DNA of 64,000 nt, from assembly GCF_964204645.1 (NCBI RefSeq), contig NC_134029.1, forward strand, positions 5,518,001 to 5,582,000, given 5' to 3'. The position numbers were made by a program, and so were the translations under genes. The notes under the pieces are model-generated. The model did not search any database. It worked only from the letters and a program-made list of their open reading frames with translations, and was not told the origin of the DNA. Within the stretch, counting starts at the first letter, position 1, and each line of letters opens with the position of its first letter. Shown in pieces: positions 15,243 to 30,300 of this stretch. The DNA comes from Tubulanus polymorphus. Lineage: Eukaryota; Animalia; Nemertea.

Positions 15243-18200
15243 GATGAAAATTTTTTAGATGGCGGAATTGTCGAAGGGTGTTGTTGTAATAGGCGGATAG
15301 CAAACATGGCCGCAGTGTCGATTTAAAGTTACGACTGTTCGTTAATCTCCTGTCGGTCACATATCTGAAGCTTGGCTCGCGACAGATGTTCGATAACATC
15401 TAAAACCTGCGGAAATTAACTCAGACCGCTATTTACAAGCGAAATTCCTCTCTACAACACGTCCACCCAATCAGTGTCCAATGCCATGGTCACTACTCGT
15501 TAGATATCCATTTATAACAGGACCGTATCGACTTTCTCGATAAACGACCTCCACCAAACAATAAAACACAGTTCTATTCGCCATTTTGTTGTTAACGTTT
15601 CGCTTCACTATTGGATTAGATTTCGTATTTATCAATAAATTTTGTATTGAAATCTTTGCAAACGTGTTCAGATAATTTGAACAGCTTAAGAAAGGGAAAA
15701 ATCCGTGCATGGCCCTTAATAGTGGTGCACTGGTAATGCAGTGATTTAGACTGGACGTTGAACAGGTTAGAAGACAAGGCTAGGGTAAGAGTGGGTCTGT
15801 AAGATAGGCCTAAATCACGGTGCCTTAATGTGTGAAACGTATTGGCTTGGCCGAAAAAAGAGAGAAAACGAAAGAAGAAACAATTGTTTTTTGGTTACGC
15901 GTTTTCGTAAGCCTGTACGTCCGCCACATATTGACCGATCGACCGCCGGCTCAAAATTCTGAAGTTCATTTCACTCAATCTCAAACGACGTGTACAATTG
16001 ATTTGGGCGTTGGTTATCCACGTGCATTTCGTCAATATGGATACCGAACAATAACGAAATAGCTACCGCCCATAATTAGATGCAAACAGTCGTGTGACAA
16101 GCCTCAGTACTCTTCTATACCACGCCAAATAATTCTGCGTAAACCGACTATTTGGTGACATCGTTAATCGAATGATAACTTTGACGTCAGTAGTTGACAT
16201 TGGTCAATTCGGGTATTTCACGGCCAAATCTTTCCGTTTATGAATCGATTCCAGATGGAACATGTTCAACGCATGAACTGAAGATAAATCTACTGCTTAC
16301 TATTAGTTTAAGCTCGCAGCGCCTTCGAGTTCAAGTAGGTTTAATTGATTCGCTAATTAAACTTACAAACCGGATTAGTAATCAGATAAACGGTCGCGAT
16401 CGAAGTTCTTCCGAGTGGATGCGAATCAATGTAGAAATCGCCTGCCACGTCGCCATTGCGCTTACAGCCGTCGTCGAAAAATCGACCAAATTCCGACCAC
16501 ACTTTCAACAGTTCGCATCGGATCATGAAGTGTTCGCGGTGGAATATTCGTCTATACGAGTAATTCCGGATCTGGCTACAGTTTGCGAACGGTTGTGTTA
16601 TTGCTACTAGCCTTCACGAAAACGACATGAAGTAAACACAAGCACTGACGAAGTACCCGCCAAGTCATCTTATTTTTCAAGTCTGCTACAGACTGAAGTA
16701 ACCATGGTATCGGAAAGTCCACAACGCATCACACTTCACTTTGCCTAGCGGATACATTACAAATCAGTTTATATCTTTCTTTTTTTTGTTCTGTTAAATG
16801 CTGAGTGTCTGTTATTTTTTTCTCAGAAGTGATAACAGATTGCTCATATACGAGCATAATCCCAAAACCATTTTCATTTTGTAAGTGTTTATAATCCCGA
16901 AGGCACACTCGGCTAATCAGTCTATGGACTCTAAAACGAATAGTGTCCATGGTAAAAAGAGGTGTTTTAATCATGAAATGCAAAGGGAAATATTGTCAGT
17001 GACAAAAAATGCTCGATCATCTATATACTTTACCACTGAACGTAATTGAAATAGTTATCGTTTAAGCATCTTCGATTTAGAGTCCATGATAAAATCTAAT
17101 TCGTGGCCGGAGAGTATTAGTTATTTCTGAACGTTAAGCTCTTATACTTTGCATATCAGAACATCGAAAGCGTTCAGAGCAAGAATTCCTCGATCATGTA
17201 TTTCAATCAATTCACCCGTTCATGATAAAGACCACGCAGTTATACCCTAAATCACCAGCCAGTCACCATAATCACACCAGAAATTATATACATCATATCT
17301 AAAGATCATTGTTCACTACTTGAAATACATTAAGCTTTCCACTGAACAGCAAGGTAAGAGGCCAATAAGGTATGACAGAAGGCTTTTAGAATTAATTAGA
17401 TTCGCATTTCAAATATTAACTTATGGCAAAAACAACATTTAATCCACTACATTTAGACATATTTATTCTGAAGTTTCTGTTAGAGCCTTCATTCGCGTAA
17501 CTTCTTTTTCTTTTTAAGCGCCTATGGCATATCCACTGATTGAACTATGGACGCAAAGGTAGCCTTTTGCAGGAACCGAAAAAGAATGAATCGCAGCGCA
17601 ATATTAGCGCATTTTTCCATGTCCAGCGTTAGCATTACCAATACCAACGCCCACAAGAAACTATCTTTTGATAAATCTTTGACATATTATATTATCTTGC
17701 CAAGTTCATCGTCTAGTAGCTGCAATTGGCCATTTTTATCGCGACGCCAGACATGACTAGTGATACCAAGGTGAATCGAAGAATAGTCCGCCTAAAAACT
17801 AAACTCGAACACAACCTCACGCGATACTATACGATTGAAACTGCCACAATCGGGAAACTTACCCTTCGCCCTAATAGGTTTTACTTGTTGTAGATTATCG
17901 ATAATTAGCTTTGATGAAGATAACGATATCTTTTAGTGACAGGTATCGCAATTATTGATTACGAGTAGACCTGCGAATGACCCAAGGCTAAAGATAGCAG
18001 TGACTACCTCTTGAATGGACGACAATTCTGATAATTAACTCGCTAAACGGTTGCCATTACGCGCGGATCGACGTCTTCGCCTACATCATGCCATGGACTC
18101 TTCGCTGTTCAATAAATGATTATACAACCTGATGAACACTATTATAGAAGATGGTGACAGGGGAAGGCTAGGATACGAGATCAGTTCGATGCAATTTTCT

Positions 18201-19167
18201 AGCCAGAATATAGATCAAAGGCGGTTATAAACATAGTTTTTTCTATAATTTTCATATAATTTCGATGCACCGAAATGACTTAAACCTGATTGACCGGCAA
18301 GACTCGGACGACAGCGTCCGGTTTCAAGACTAAGCGAGTCAAATTGTGCAAGATTTATGAACATAAATATACAACGTTGTCTCTGATCGTCATTTCTCGC
18401 TTTCTCGAATAATCTCGACGTGCAATTAGAGGTTGGAAAGATTGCATCAAGTTAACCCAGGTCAAAGCGAGTAAGGCTCCGTAATAGTGCGATGTCAATT
18501 CGAAGTGTATACTGAAGATAATTCCTCGTCTAGGACCGCTTCGGTAATTTCATTCCCCTGGTAATTTGATCTGCGCTGTTCCACAAAAGAAACGATCGAA
18601 CTAAGAATGCGAACATCGAATGGAAAATACGGCGTCAAAAGAAAATTCTGAAGTCTTGCGAAGAGTTTGCCGATGAGGACTACTCGATATCCACCTAACT
18701 ATGCACTGTATATTAGAAACACAAAACTGCTCCCTGTGTACAACTTTTATTTTAAGGCAAACTCAGCACCGGATGTGAAGTATCAACTGCGCACCCCTTG
18801 ACGGAGAAACCCATCCTCATCGGAGCTGCACCGTCGATGTCGTACAACTACACTTCGGATACCCCAGGACCGGATACTCTCATCTGGAAAATTTGCGTTT
18901 CGAAATGTGCTTCCTTTCTATCTAGTCAAAACGCGGGACAATCAACTTAGAGGACTTCTACATCAACATCTACCCGAGAAAAAACTATAATAAACTATCG
19001 GATTATTTACACGTAGAAAACGACCAAAAAAAATTGAAAATGGACAAAATGGTCCTCAACCTTGTAATATAGATTTCGATGTATTAAATTAGGCAGCCAA
19101 GAAAATTCAACCCAATCAGTCGTTTACTGGTTCAGGCTGAATGAAAGATTGTTTGAATGAACCGGAA

Positions 19168-19385
19168 CCGAATTTCCCAATTATGTACTTCGATTTAAAC
19201 AAAATACTTTTGTAAACTCGACCGCCGATCACACGACTATATCTGTACTTCGATTTCCGATTTCAAAATCAAACCCCCTGTTTCGCTCCCGGCAGGTGTG
19301 GTGGGTCTGTGAGGGACACTCAATCAAAAAATCAAACGAAATTTACCAACCAAATAAATAACAGGCACAATCCCTATTTTAAGAT
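19168..19385 (-). repeat. Interspersed repeat family of about 210 bp, copy 2 (inverted)
   Basis: Reverse complement of the same core: tatctgtacttcgatttccgatttcaaaatcaaaccccctgtttcgctcccggcaggtgtggtgg. Confidence 0.85.
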
Positions 19386-22300
19386 TAAAAAAAACAAGCT
19401 TCTGCTGTTATATATGCCCCGTTCTTCCGTGTCGTATGGAGACATTGAATCAACAATCACACCGTCGACATACGATATCGTCAAGAGACGAATCTCGGAG
19501 ACAGTATTTACATCAAGTTTATCATCGAGGTTAAGGTAATCACCGACGTCCAGGTGAAAACGAAAGCGTCCACAGATCAGAACACTATCAGATAAGCGCG
19601 CCGCAATGATCAGTTCGATCGACGAAGGTTAATTTCGTTTTCCTATTCTGGTGTTCAACTCATCTCATCCAGTTAGACATGTATTCGAGCAATCTTTTGA
19701 TTGTTTTGCGGGCATCGAAATAATTGAATACGTCTAACACAGACCCAACGGGACAAAGGGCGCTTTCGGTAATCCCACACTGGCATATAATCATACTTGT
19801 TTACCGAGCAAACGCACTGGTAATTTTGATAAGTGGCCGCGAACAAGTTTTCTAGAGTACGCACGAGAGTGTTTTGCGAACGAGCCAACGATTCAGGTTG
19901 AATTAATTGGGACCTGGGGGCTTTATGACAACAAGCCACGTTTCAGAATCAAGTCAGCTAATGAGGACCAACGCCAGATTGAATTTATCGAGTTATTCTG
20001 AATAACCATTCATAACGTTCGTATTTCATAGCTCCTAATTATTTTTCAATTTTAAGGCGTATGACTGGTAAAATTGTTTCGGAATAGTAATGCCTTGCGG
20101 ATGTTAAATGCGAAAACTCGACAGATTGGCACGCTGATATTTCAGGGAATCCAAATAAAATCTTTTTCATAAACCATGCAAACTCCTCGTTCAAGATGGC
20201 AGTCTGGCAGTGTGCTTGTAACGTATAAGAGAAATTCCTTCCATGTTGGCATTTACAAAACAATCACAATTTTTTTCAAGATGGCTGATAAACTAGAGAA
20301 ATAAACAGATCAATAATTGTTCGATTTGCCGAAAACTGCGCTCGTTTTCCATTTTCTTCGTCATACCTCAAAATGTTGTCCACAATTCAAATCAATGTTG
20401 CTTTGCTTTAGTGGTAAGTAACGTGTCAAACCGAAATCATTATAGATCAGCGCAGCTTAATTGAAAATGCGTGTAGCGTGGACATCTACAAGTGGCATCC
20501 TGTCTACCCGTATCATGAGAAATCGGAAGCTGTCCTGATTAAATCAAACCGGATACAATACTGGCACTTGTCGAATAACTGAATATTTCAGTGATTCTGT
20601 TTACAAATCACTTGAATTCCGTGTTTGCTTATCGCGTCCAAGTTGGTATTGCTAAATGCCTTCGACTTATTAAGCCATGTACCATTGGTCGTAATGAGCG
20701 CAGTACGGCGGCAATAAGCAGGCTTTCCATTTCACAGCTTCATCTATAACCCAGAATTGAGTTGACTTCGCGTTAAGTACTGACACTTTACCAGAAATAT
20801 TCATAATTGAAAATTAACTAAAACGCCAGGGGGGGGCATTTACCTAAACGTTGGTTAACCTGAATAACTTGACAAAGTGAAAATTAAAACTGCATTCCGA
20901 TTCCCTAGACATTTGCTATCTCATAAGGTGATAATTTCAACTTCAAAAGAAAATGGGGAAAACCACTAGATTATCTTGTAAAAAAGTATTGAAAATAGAA
21001 ACTTGTTTTCTGTTCTATTAATCTCGGAATCGGGTCCAGGGATGCACTACAGACAGAATTATAAGCGGAATATTCTGCTGTCTTTATTGGAAATATCATG
21101 AAAGCGCTTTTGTGTCGGATGAGAATTATTGATACTGTATTTATTATATGTGGCTGTATTTAGTCCCGTTGTTAATTCAATAAGAAGTCACAGTTTCCAG
21201 AACTTGCTCGCTTGCTAATCTACTTACACACATATACAAAGTGATGCGTCGCGATTGATGGAATAACCACGGTTTACTGAATCTAAATAAAACCTAGTTG
21301 TAGAGCGTCGGTTTCGCGGCGAGTTCAGTTTTAATTAAGCGACGGCCTTGCAGTAAAAATTTACGCGTCCAATCTACAGAAGACTTGATTCAATATCTTT
21401 GCTTTAAGTACATAAAATGCATCCGCGTAAAATGTAGCATATAATATTCATTTCATTTCAGCGTGTGGCCGAAAGCGGACGAATCGAGCCGCTTTGGCAC
21501 AGAAGATGTACATAACTACGAATACGCCAACCTTAACGGCTCTCAATGCGCGTTATTACTCTGAGCATATATCGCTCCAGTGAGATCTGAAAGGTTTCTG
21601 TTCATTCATATCAGTTACAAAGGTTTCCGTATTAGATTTGCTTCAATTCGCGGAAACATTCTTGTCGGTTTACCGATCATATAATATTCATCCTTGTACA
21701 AAAATGATGGCTGCATTATGAGATATATAAAATATATTGAATTCAAAAGAACCGTTTTTTTCTAAACGTCAACATCTATCCCATACCCATTTATATAGAG
21801 TTCTTATCAAAATCTTATAAACGGCTTGTTTGAAATTCTTAGAATGATCTCGGCAGAAACGTTATTATCCCTCAATTTGATTTGACGCGCATTTCATTAT
21901 TTCTTATCTCTTATCAATCTACTCGCTAGAAGAGTTTTTAAATTCTATTTTCCATCAGTGTGGTCCGTTGACGAGGTTACGCGCGGTCTTGGCCTTTTTC
22001 TTGCGATCGCTCGATCAGAACTAGGATTATATTTCGATCGGTTCGACGATCAATGCGTCGTCGTACTGCGGTTTCGGTGGCTGAACCAATAACTACCGCT
22101 CGTATATGACGATGGTAATGTGTGTTTAACAGACAAATTCCATCTCGTATTCTTCGTACAAGTAGTGGATTAGTTCCTTGGTAACGACTTGGACGTCGTG
22201 TAATCCCCACTTATAGATTAGGAGACACGACCGATTACTGGTGATCGTTTTCGACTATAATCTTCCGTTAAAGCACGCACCATTTTTCCACCTCTTTGTC

Positions 22301-22722
22301 AAACCATTGGTACTCTTATGCACGACAGTTCTATACGACAGCTTACTTGATATTCCAACCATACCAATATTCATCTCCGAGATTAAGACAACATTTGTAT
22401 AGCTGAACAATCATTTTTTCGCGTCAAGATAATGATACATGACTGGCTTTTATCCCTCAATTTGATGCCTTGGCTTTTACTGTTTGAATATGGATAAACA
22501 TATGATAATTTTTTAGAATTAGCCTCCTTTTCTTATTGCTTTCAACTTGATAATGGCAATTAGGTGACAGCCAAAACGTCGTGATCAAAATAGGACAATT
22601 TATAATTTGAGTTTGTTTAATTGATAAATATATCTATTGAGTGACTCACTCCTGATTCCACGCTATAATATCAGGTTCATGATATACAGACAGCTCTGTT
22701 GCTGTTGAATCATTATCCATTA

Positions 22723-22878
<156 letters not shown>

Positions 22879-24658
22879 ATGAGGGGCAACTAGATCTCTA
22901 TCGGTTACATCTATACCCGTATCTATTTCTGGGTGACCGTTCTCAGCACCGTAAGAGCTTCTCGATTTCCGAAACAAGCTCTAAAATCGCCCGCTACAAG
23001 CACGTGAACATATATATACATGAAGCATCCATGTAACCGTAGATGGTTAGATAGGGGTTGTTAATTGCCCTGGTTGGTAGTTAACTCGGCGATAATGACC
23101 ACTTAACAAACGCTTTGTTACTGCGGCCATGCCATTTTTAGCCATTTCACATCGGCCCGCGCGGACGTATACACGCCAATCGTTTGTCAAGCGGCCACCT
23201 ATCGCACAGGCGCGGCAATGCGAGAATATTGACGATCGTTGGATTATCCCAATGCTATCATAATTTCGGAGGCAACCGAGCATATAGCGCTCGGGATGAA
23301 TAAGATAATGTCACGAGTGTCACATATCATGAAATTCAAATGTTCTCGTTTGATTCTCGCACTCGGGGAACAGTGTTTATGTTACAGCGCGCGTGACTGA
23401 CACTTTGCATCTTAACCGGACGTTACTGCGCCCAACCGTAAATTTAACAGTTTATGGCATTTCCCAATTTCAAACATATTTCCGTGATCTTGCATCGGTC
23501 TTGTTTTGGCTGTTTGCTCATAAAAACCATAATCAACAGGCATTACTAGAGCGGGTCGGGGGTACAAAAATTGGCAACCCCCTCCATCCAGCTTTTTAGT
23601 ATTTTAACTTTGCAACTGCAAGAAATCTATTCAACACCCACCACCCTCTTGGTGGTACAGGAGATTCCCCCGGTAATACAAGAATGCATATATCTTTAAT
23701 CAAAACCAATAAAAAATCGGTTCCGTGAATTTGTTTGGTATCCGCAGTGAATATTAATTTAAATTGAAGGTTGTTTGATAAATCCTCGTTGCAGTAAGCG
23801 AGTTGTTTCCTCGATGGTTCGCGTACTTGTTGTGGACAGCTGGATGTCAGTAAATTAAATACCGTCGACTAAACTTCTGTATTATGTCGATTCGTAATTG
23901 GACAAATTTATTCAGATGTCATCGCATAAGAACTATGACTTTGTTAATCTAATTGATTTGAAATCCGTATAATTAAACGCATGCGCACGAATCGATTAGC
24001 TGATATTCGCATTGTGTTAATAACCGTATTTAGCTTCATTACCGATGGCCAATTATAGGCATCTCATGGATATTCTATCCAAAGTTAAAAAACGGACTTT
24101 TATTGCCAAGCCGTTGAAAAATGAAATAGCTCTCTGAAAAGACACCTTTAGTTATAACGCAGCGACATCGGTCACTCAAATACACCCTGTAAATGTATGC
24201 GCATATTACCAAATTTAGTAGGTGAAACCATATGAAACCTATGGAGAGTAAAGTGAAATGACAGTCAAATTAATAGTAATAGTTATTACAATAGCAACAC
24301 TTAGCTATTACTTATGGATTGGTCGTTGCGAAATATAGTTCGATTAATAAACAGTGCTTTTAATACATCAAATAGTGGCAACTGCTTAGTAATATTTAAA
24401 CAACTCTCGCGTATTCAGGAAATAATATCAACGCGCCTATATATACCAAACTATATAGATTCCCACTTTTATGAATAAAACAAATCCACTTCGTGCTAGC
24501 GGAATGCAATTCTACGCGAACGATAAAATAGCCGTCGAACGTTGGGTTTGTCGTAATTAATTTGTATAATTGATTTTTCGATCAAGAGAATTTCAGTCAG
24601 CATCCTCGCAGGTCAACAAATACTAAAATTCAATAAAAACTAAAATACTAAAAATACT

Positions 24659-24926
<268 letters not shown>

Positions 24927-27191
24927 TATTAATTAACTATAGATAAATTATAATTGAATGAAAGTTAAACGAAAGTTTTAGTTGACAGCCCAATATTAGG
25001 TTTATAACGTCCATAGCGTGATTAAACCTATAGAGCAAACCGAATAACCTTAGTAAAGCCATACGAGGCCACACCACATCATGGTGAGTCAATTGACGAT
25101 ATTCACAAATGTTACATTTTTCGAGGAACATGTGTTCGGCTGAATAATTACGAGATGTGAATGAATGACCGTTGTATTACTGGGTCGATGATAAATGTAA
25201 CTCTAATTCTTGATCTAAGTTAAAATACTTCGAGCATTCGAGAGATTATCTAATATTCATAGCTAATCTCTGCCGAGCGAAATCAAAGACTTACCCGGCT
25301 CCGATTAAAGAAGATGTGTGATTTCTATCACAACATTTACATCTCTATCCCTTTGAAAATGAATGATAATTTTCATTTTTAGTGACAACTTTTAAAGCCA
25401 TTATCCGCGCGTGTATATCTCCTGAATGGTATAACTGCTGGTAAATGTCGTACTGTCTCCGATCTGTGCACTACTCGTCAACGTTTGCAGTATTTACATT
25501 ATAAACATTATTGGATATATGGCTCGATGTTATGTCAAGCTTCTATTGTAGGCCAGGGTGGCTGCTATAACGCGAACTTGGAACTTGATGTACATATCAT
25601 TATTGGGCGCAAATTCGCAGTAACAAAGTATCATGCATATTTAACTACGCGAACCATTTGATATGCTTTGTGACAGAAACGGGGGAAAATAAAGAATTCC
25701 CGATTCGCCCGAGAGTCGCTGTTAATTGCGAACGATTCTCAGCAAGTGGCACAAAGTAACCGTCTCCGATTTAGTGGTCGCTATAAACTGTGATATCGCG
25801 TTAATTGTAAGAACAATAGTATGTTATCCGCATGCAGGGATGTCAACAGCTCTGCTTGAATTTGCAGCGACGCACCGGAGAGTCCTCAACGCGGCAAACA
25901 ATGCATCTGTCCACGGTTATTATTGGGCCCCGATAACTAGGGTAGCTGCTACCCGATTCTCCGATATAGTGAACCAATACAGTCGCGCCACAATAACCGC
26001 AATAAGGACAAACAGCCGATTGAAAAATTGCTTTTACCCAGTTGGTCTCCATCACATACAGCTGAAATTAGTAGCACCTAGTGATAAGGTACGTATATGA
26101 AATTAAAATTATATTGAGCCTCGACTGGTCTGGTAAAAATATAGTAAAAAATCGACGCTTTTGCAATAATTTTGGAATATTAGAATCCCATAAAAGGAAG
26201 ACTAAAATATAAGATTTGAATTGCAAATAATTTTTCCCATGAAAAAGAGAAAAATCAAATAGATTCTAATTTATTCTTAGCTACTGTCCACGTAGATTAA
26301 CATACACTTTGAAACGTGCAGTTCAATAGAATCTAGAAGATTCAGGCCTAGTCGATATTAATGTTAAAAATGAATTGCTGGAATTATATTTCAATTTTCC
26401 GATATCTAAATCTCGAACTTCTTTAGACAGAACTCGATGATTTAATAAAAAGCAAATTGCATTTCGAACGTTGCTGGCTGTGTGACTTTGATTCAGCCGG
26501 GTCGCTTTTTCGAGTCTGGAATCATTTCATTCATAATCTACGTGCATATAATGGGCACTATACATCACGTGCAGTGTTTCCGCGCTATCATTCAGCTCGA
26601 CTCATCTTCAGTAGTAAAAAAAAAAAACGTGTAATCTTCGTTACTAATTCAACGTTTTAGCACTTGACTGTCCGCTATCATCATAATGCTTGGAGTAATC
26701 ATCAGAACGATTATATTCCGAGCATAACGTATACGTATACGTGAATCGTGTCCGTAGCATCTACGAACGATCGTTGATGATGCATCGAGCGCCAACGTTT
26801 TAAGTAGTGTGTAAGTAGTCGACTCGGACTATAAAGGTGCGAACTAGGTGATTTCCAGTCACGCCACGTATCGCCAGGAAACCGCCATCCGATAACAAAG
26901 CCATTCCCGTCGATTATTCACTACGATACATGCAAGTGTTAACGAATAAAATCTCATAAAATATTTTACCCGCTACTATACACAAATATCGCTTTACAAT
27001 ATCATCTCATGTCTTCCGTAGCTTATTCGTATACACATTCGTATATTCGTATACACATGAGAGGCCTACGTTAAAAATCCGCAGTTGACGATTTTTAAAG
27101 AACAAAACAGGATATTTCTCCAATTCTATGCATTTATAATCATTCTAGTATATTTCTGGCTTTTTTCTATCATGAAAATAAGGGATATAAA

Positions 27192-27336
27192 CAGGACCGT
27201 ACCTAGCATCTGAATTTTGGGGGTAGAGAAACCAAAAAACGGCAGTTCTATTGGATATAACAATGATATTTTGCAAAAAAGGGACCAAAATTTCTGGGGG
27301 GCAATTACCCCCTGATCCCCACTAGGCACGGCCCTG
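27192..27336. mobile_element. 145-bp hAT-like MITE remnant
   Basis: TIRs CAGGACCGTACCTAG / CTAGGCACGGCCCTG (13 of 15 match) with G/C-run subterminal motifs; no clean 8-bp TSD. Confidence 0.6.
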
Positions 27337-30300
27337 ATAAATGAAATTCAGAATATATTGACTTTCGATTTGTAATCGACTAGTGGTGGGGGATTTTTAC
27401 CTATACGCACTAGAATTAATTATGTCAATTGCGGAATTTCTTCCTTCTTTCTTTGTCGTATACCTTAGGAACCAGTTCTGCGGTAATATTGGTCGAAACT
27501 TGACTCTAAAATTGGAAACGAGTCAAGTTTTAACCGAGAACCGTGGAATTGGAACTGGGTCCAATGGAGAAAATTATATATTACGCAGATCCCTATATCG
27601 TGTACTAACGTGTACCTGTACGGTACATGTACACGGTAATTATGCTAGGCAGAAGTTGGGCCACACCCTGTTCTGAACAATCGATTCCAACTGTTCTCGC
27701 TGATGTAACGATGGGTGTTCGTGACTCGATATTAAAATTATTCGCTTCGAGCAATTTTCTATCGGAAATGCCATTCTATAACGTCGTATTCTTCCGCGGA
27801 TAGAAATAGATTAGAAAATATTGACCACGTTCTAATAGCGAACAAAAGCTACGAAATGATATTTACCGCTTGCCGTTCGATTATTGACAAAAAACGAATA
27901 TCACTATCAATACCGGCATAATTTTCGTCTGGTATGCTATATTGATATTCTACTGCCGTTGAAATTCCGATTAAAATGTTGCTTTGTGTCGGAAAACGCC
28001 TCGGTCACACATGGATGTAGCCTAACGATAAAATAAACTTTCACAGCCATAATCGGAGATGAATCCTCGACATTGTCACTGTTAGATATGCTGTCTTTTC
28101 CTAGTGTCGTAATCGGTTTAGCAATATTGATCTTACTGTTAATAATGTTGGTATATTCTTGTTCACTGCCGCCTGTTGCAGTGTCGTCGCATGTGTACTT
28201 TAACGATGGGTACAGGATTTTTCATTTTTACTGAAATGAGTTATTCTCCTGGGAACATGTTGTACTTCATCAAGCATATCTCACGGGATTCGGTGTGAAA
28301 ATTCAATAATTTGAACGGTTGCCACCGTATTACGCATACCCACATGATTTGGTTTCGCGATTCTATTCGTTTTTAGCCGTTTTAGATGCTTATCATCGAC
28401 ATAGTTCAGGCATTCACAATAAGCAAAGCATTCAAAAAAATAATTTGAAAATATAGCTCTAAAGATTCAATGTTGTTTAAGAATGATCTAAATAGAACTT
28501 CTCCTTTGCCCAGTCATGATAATTGAACATAAAATGTTTTTTTTTTCAACCGATGCATTGACAGACACATACGTGTGAAGAGCTGGTTGATGAAGGAACA
28601 AAAAATCCCGATATCAGTTTTCATACCGCTAATTGTAATAAAAGTTGCAGCCTGTATAAGAGTTTCCTGGGGACTCGTCCGCACCTATCGTTTAGTTTAG
28701 TTTAATGGAAATTGTTAATATACATATTTGAATTTAAAAATGTTAAGCGCGTACATGAACGCTTGTTGTGAGTAATCACTGAGACTTGGGTGCGGTCCCA
28801 TTTAGTCGACAGAACATCAACCATCTCGTCTAACTACCGAGCATCAATTAAAATTCTAAATATCGATATCATATGTTACACAAATGACTGTTTTATTTTC
28901 TGAAGTTTGTTTCCTCTGCCGATTATATCATATGTAATTCTAAACTGAGCGAGACGCGGATTTATCTACTAACGCGAGTTTAAGAATTGAGGTTTTTCCG
29001 GCCATTTGGTGAGAAACAAAAATGGCTTTTCGAAATTCCTAACGGCTTTTAGCTCATCAGGTAAAAGTGAACTGACCCACGGGTAGCCGTTCGTTCAACC
29101 ACAGAGCTGTATACTGCCTCCCGTGTACAGCATATGTTATTCACCTGTCGAACCAGTACCAGTTTTTGCCCACGATACCGATGCCATGGAACATCGGCAT
29201 ATATATCGAAGATAATGTTTATTTCCTCTGGGTAAGGATTAAACAAGAGTTCAATAAGAAGTCAACTGGCTTGTATCTCCACAACTCGGTCCAGATGTTG
29301 ATTTGATTTCGTAAAAGCAATAATGCACCGACATGAAATCTCTCCTCAACAATAGAACGTATCGTTTGGACCTCCGTATCGATGGCGATTGAGGCAGCCT
29401 CTGATTAGTTTGGGGCCGGGACATTTCCGATTACTGCAACTATATTCAACACCGATTTGTCGTCGGCGCCGTCGCATCCCGTGCCATCAGACACTTTGGT
29501 CTCGACTAGGTTCAGTTGAGGCGTCCAAATCTAGTTACAGGCCGTTTCATATTCAATTTTCTGAATTAATCGCTAATTTATTACAGTTATCAAATTTCTT
29601 AACACAATAATGAGCATGCATGAAAAATGGGATATGGGTATCGTTATTGACTCGGAATATAGAATTCCGGCAAAAATGTATTCTTTCCGAAATGTATTCT
29701 TTCACGAAATCTTTGATACATGTCACTAAACGGTATATAGACAAAGAATCGAAGCTTTATACATGTGATTACATATTCATTTTTACGTACATGCACGCTT
29801 GTAAAGGTCAAACTCAAGGCTTGATAAAGGAAGATAGAATAAAATCATCGACAAATCATAAATAAGCTTGGGTGTTACGTATACACTTATTTTTCGGAAG
29901 CCCCCAATAGGCGTTTTCTCGATAATAGAGGTGGCAATGTGATTGAAATTATACACTCAAGTCATATTCTATCACAAAATTGCTCTAAGTTCCGCTGTCG
30001 TACCATAATTAATTTCACCTACTGGGGTGTCACTTTAACAAGGAGAGAACAGGTGCGGCTTGCATCGTTTAATCGCAGTAATCGGCTTTCGGCTCCCGAG
30101 TCACAATCTACTGGTTGTGCACTGCGTTGTGAGATCATGGTCGATTAGGAGGACTTGACCTTCATCTTGACCTTGGGTTCAACACGTGCAACTCGGCGTT
30201 CATGCGAGAATCATTGCATAATAATTTAATTCAATTCTTTATTGCTCCGTAATGTATTTATACATTATAGAATGATATGTAAGATATGTGAAGATCAAAG

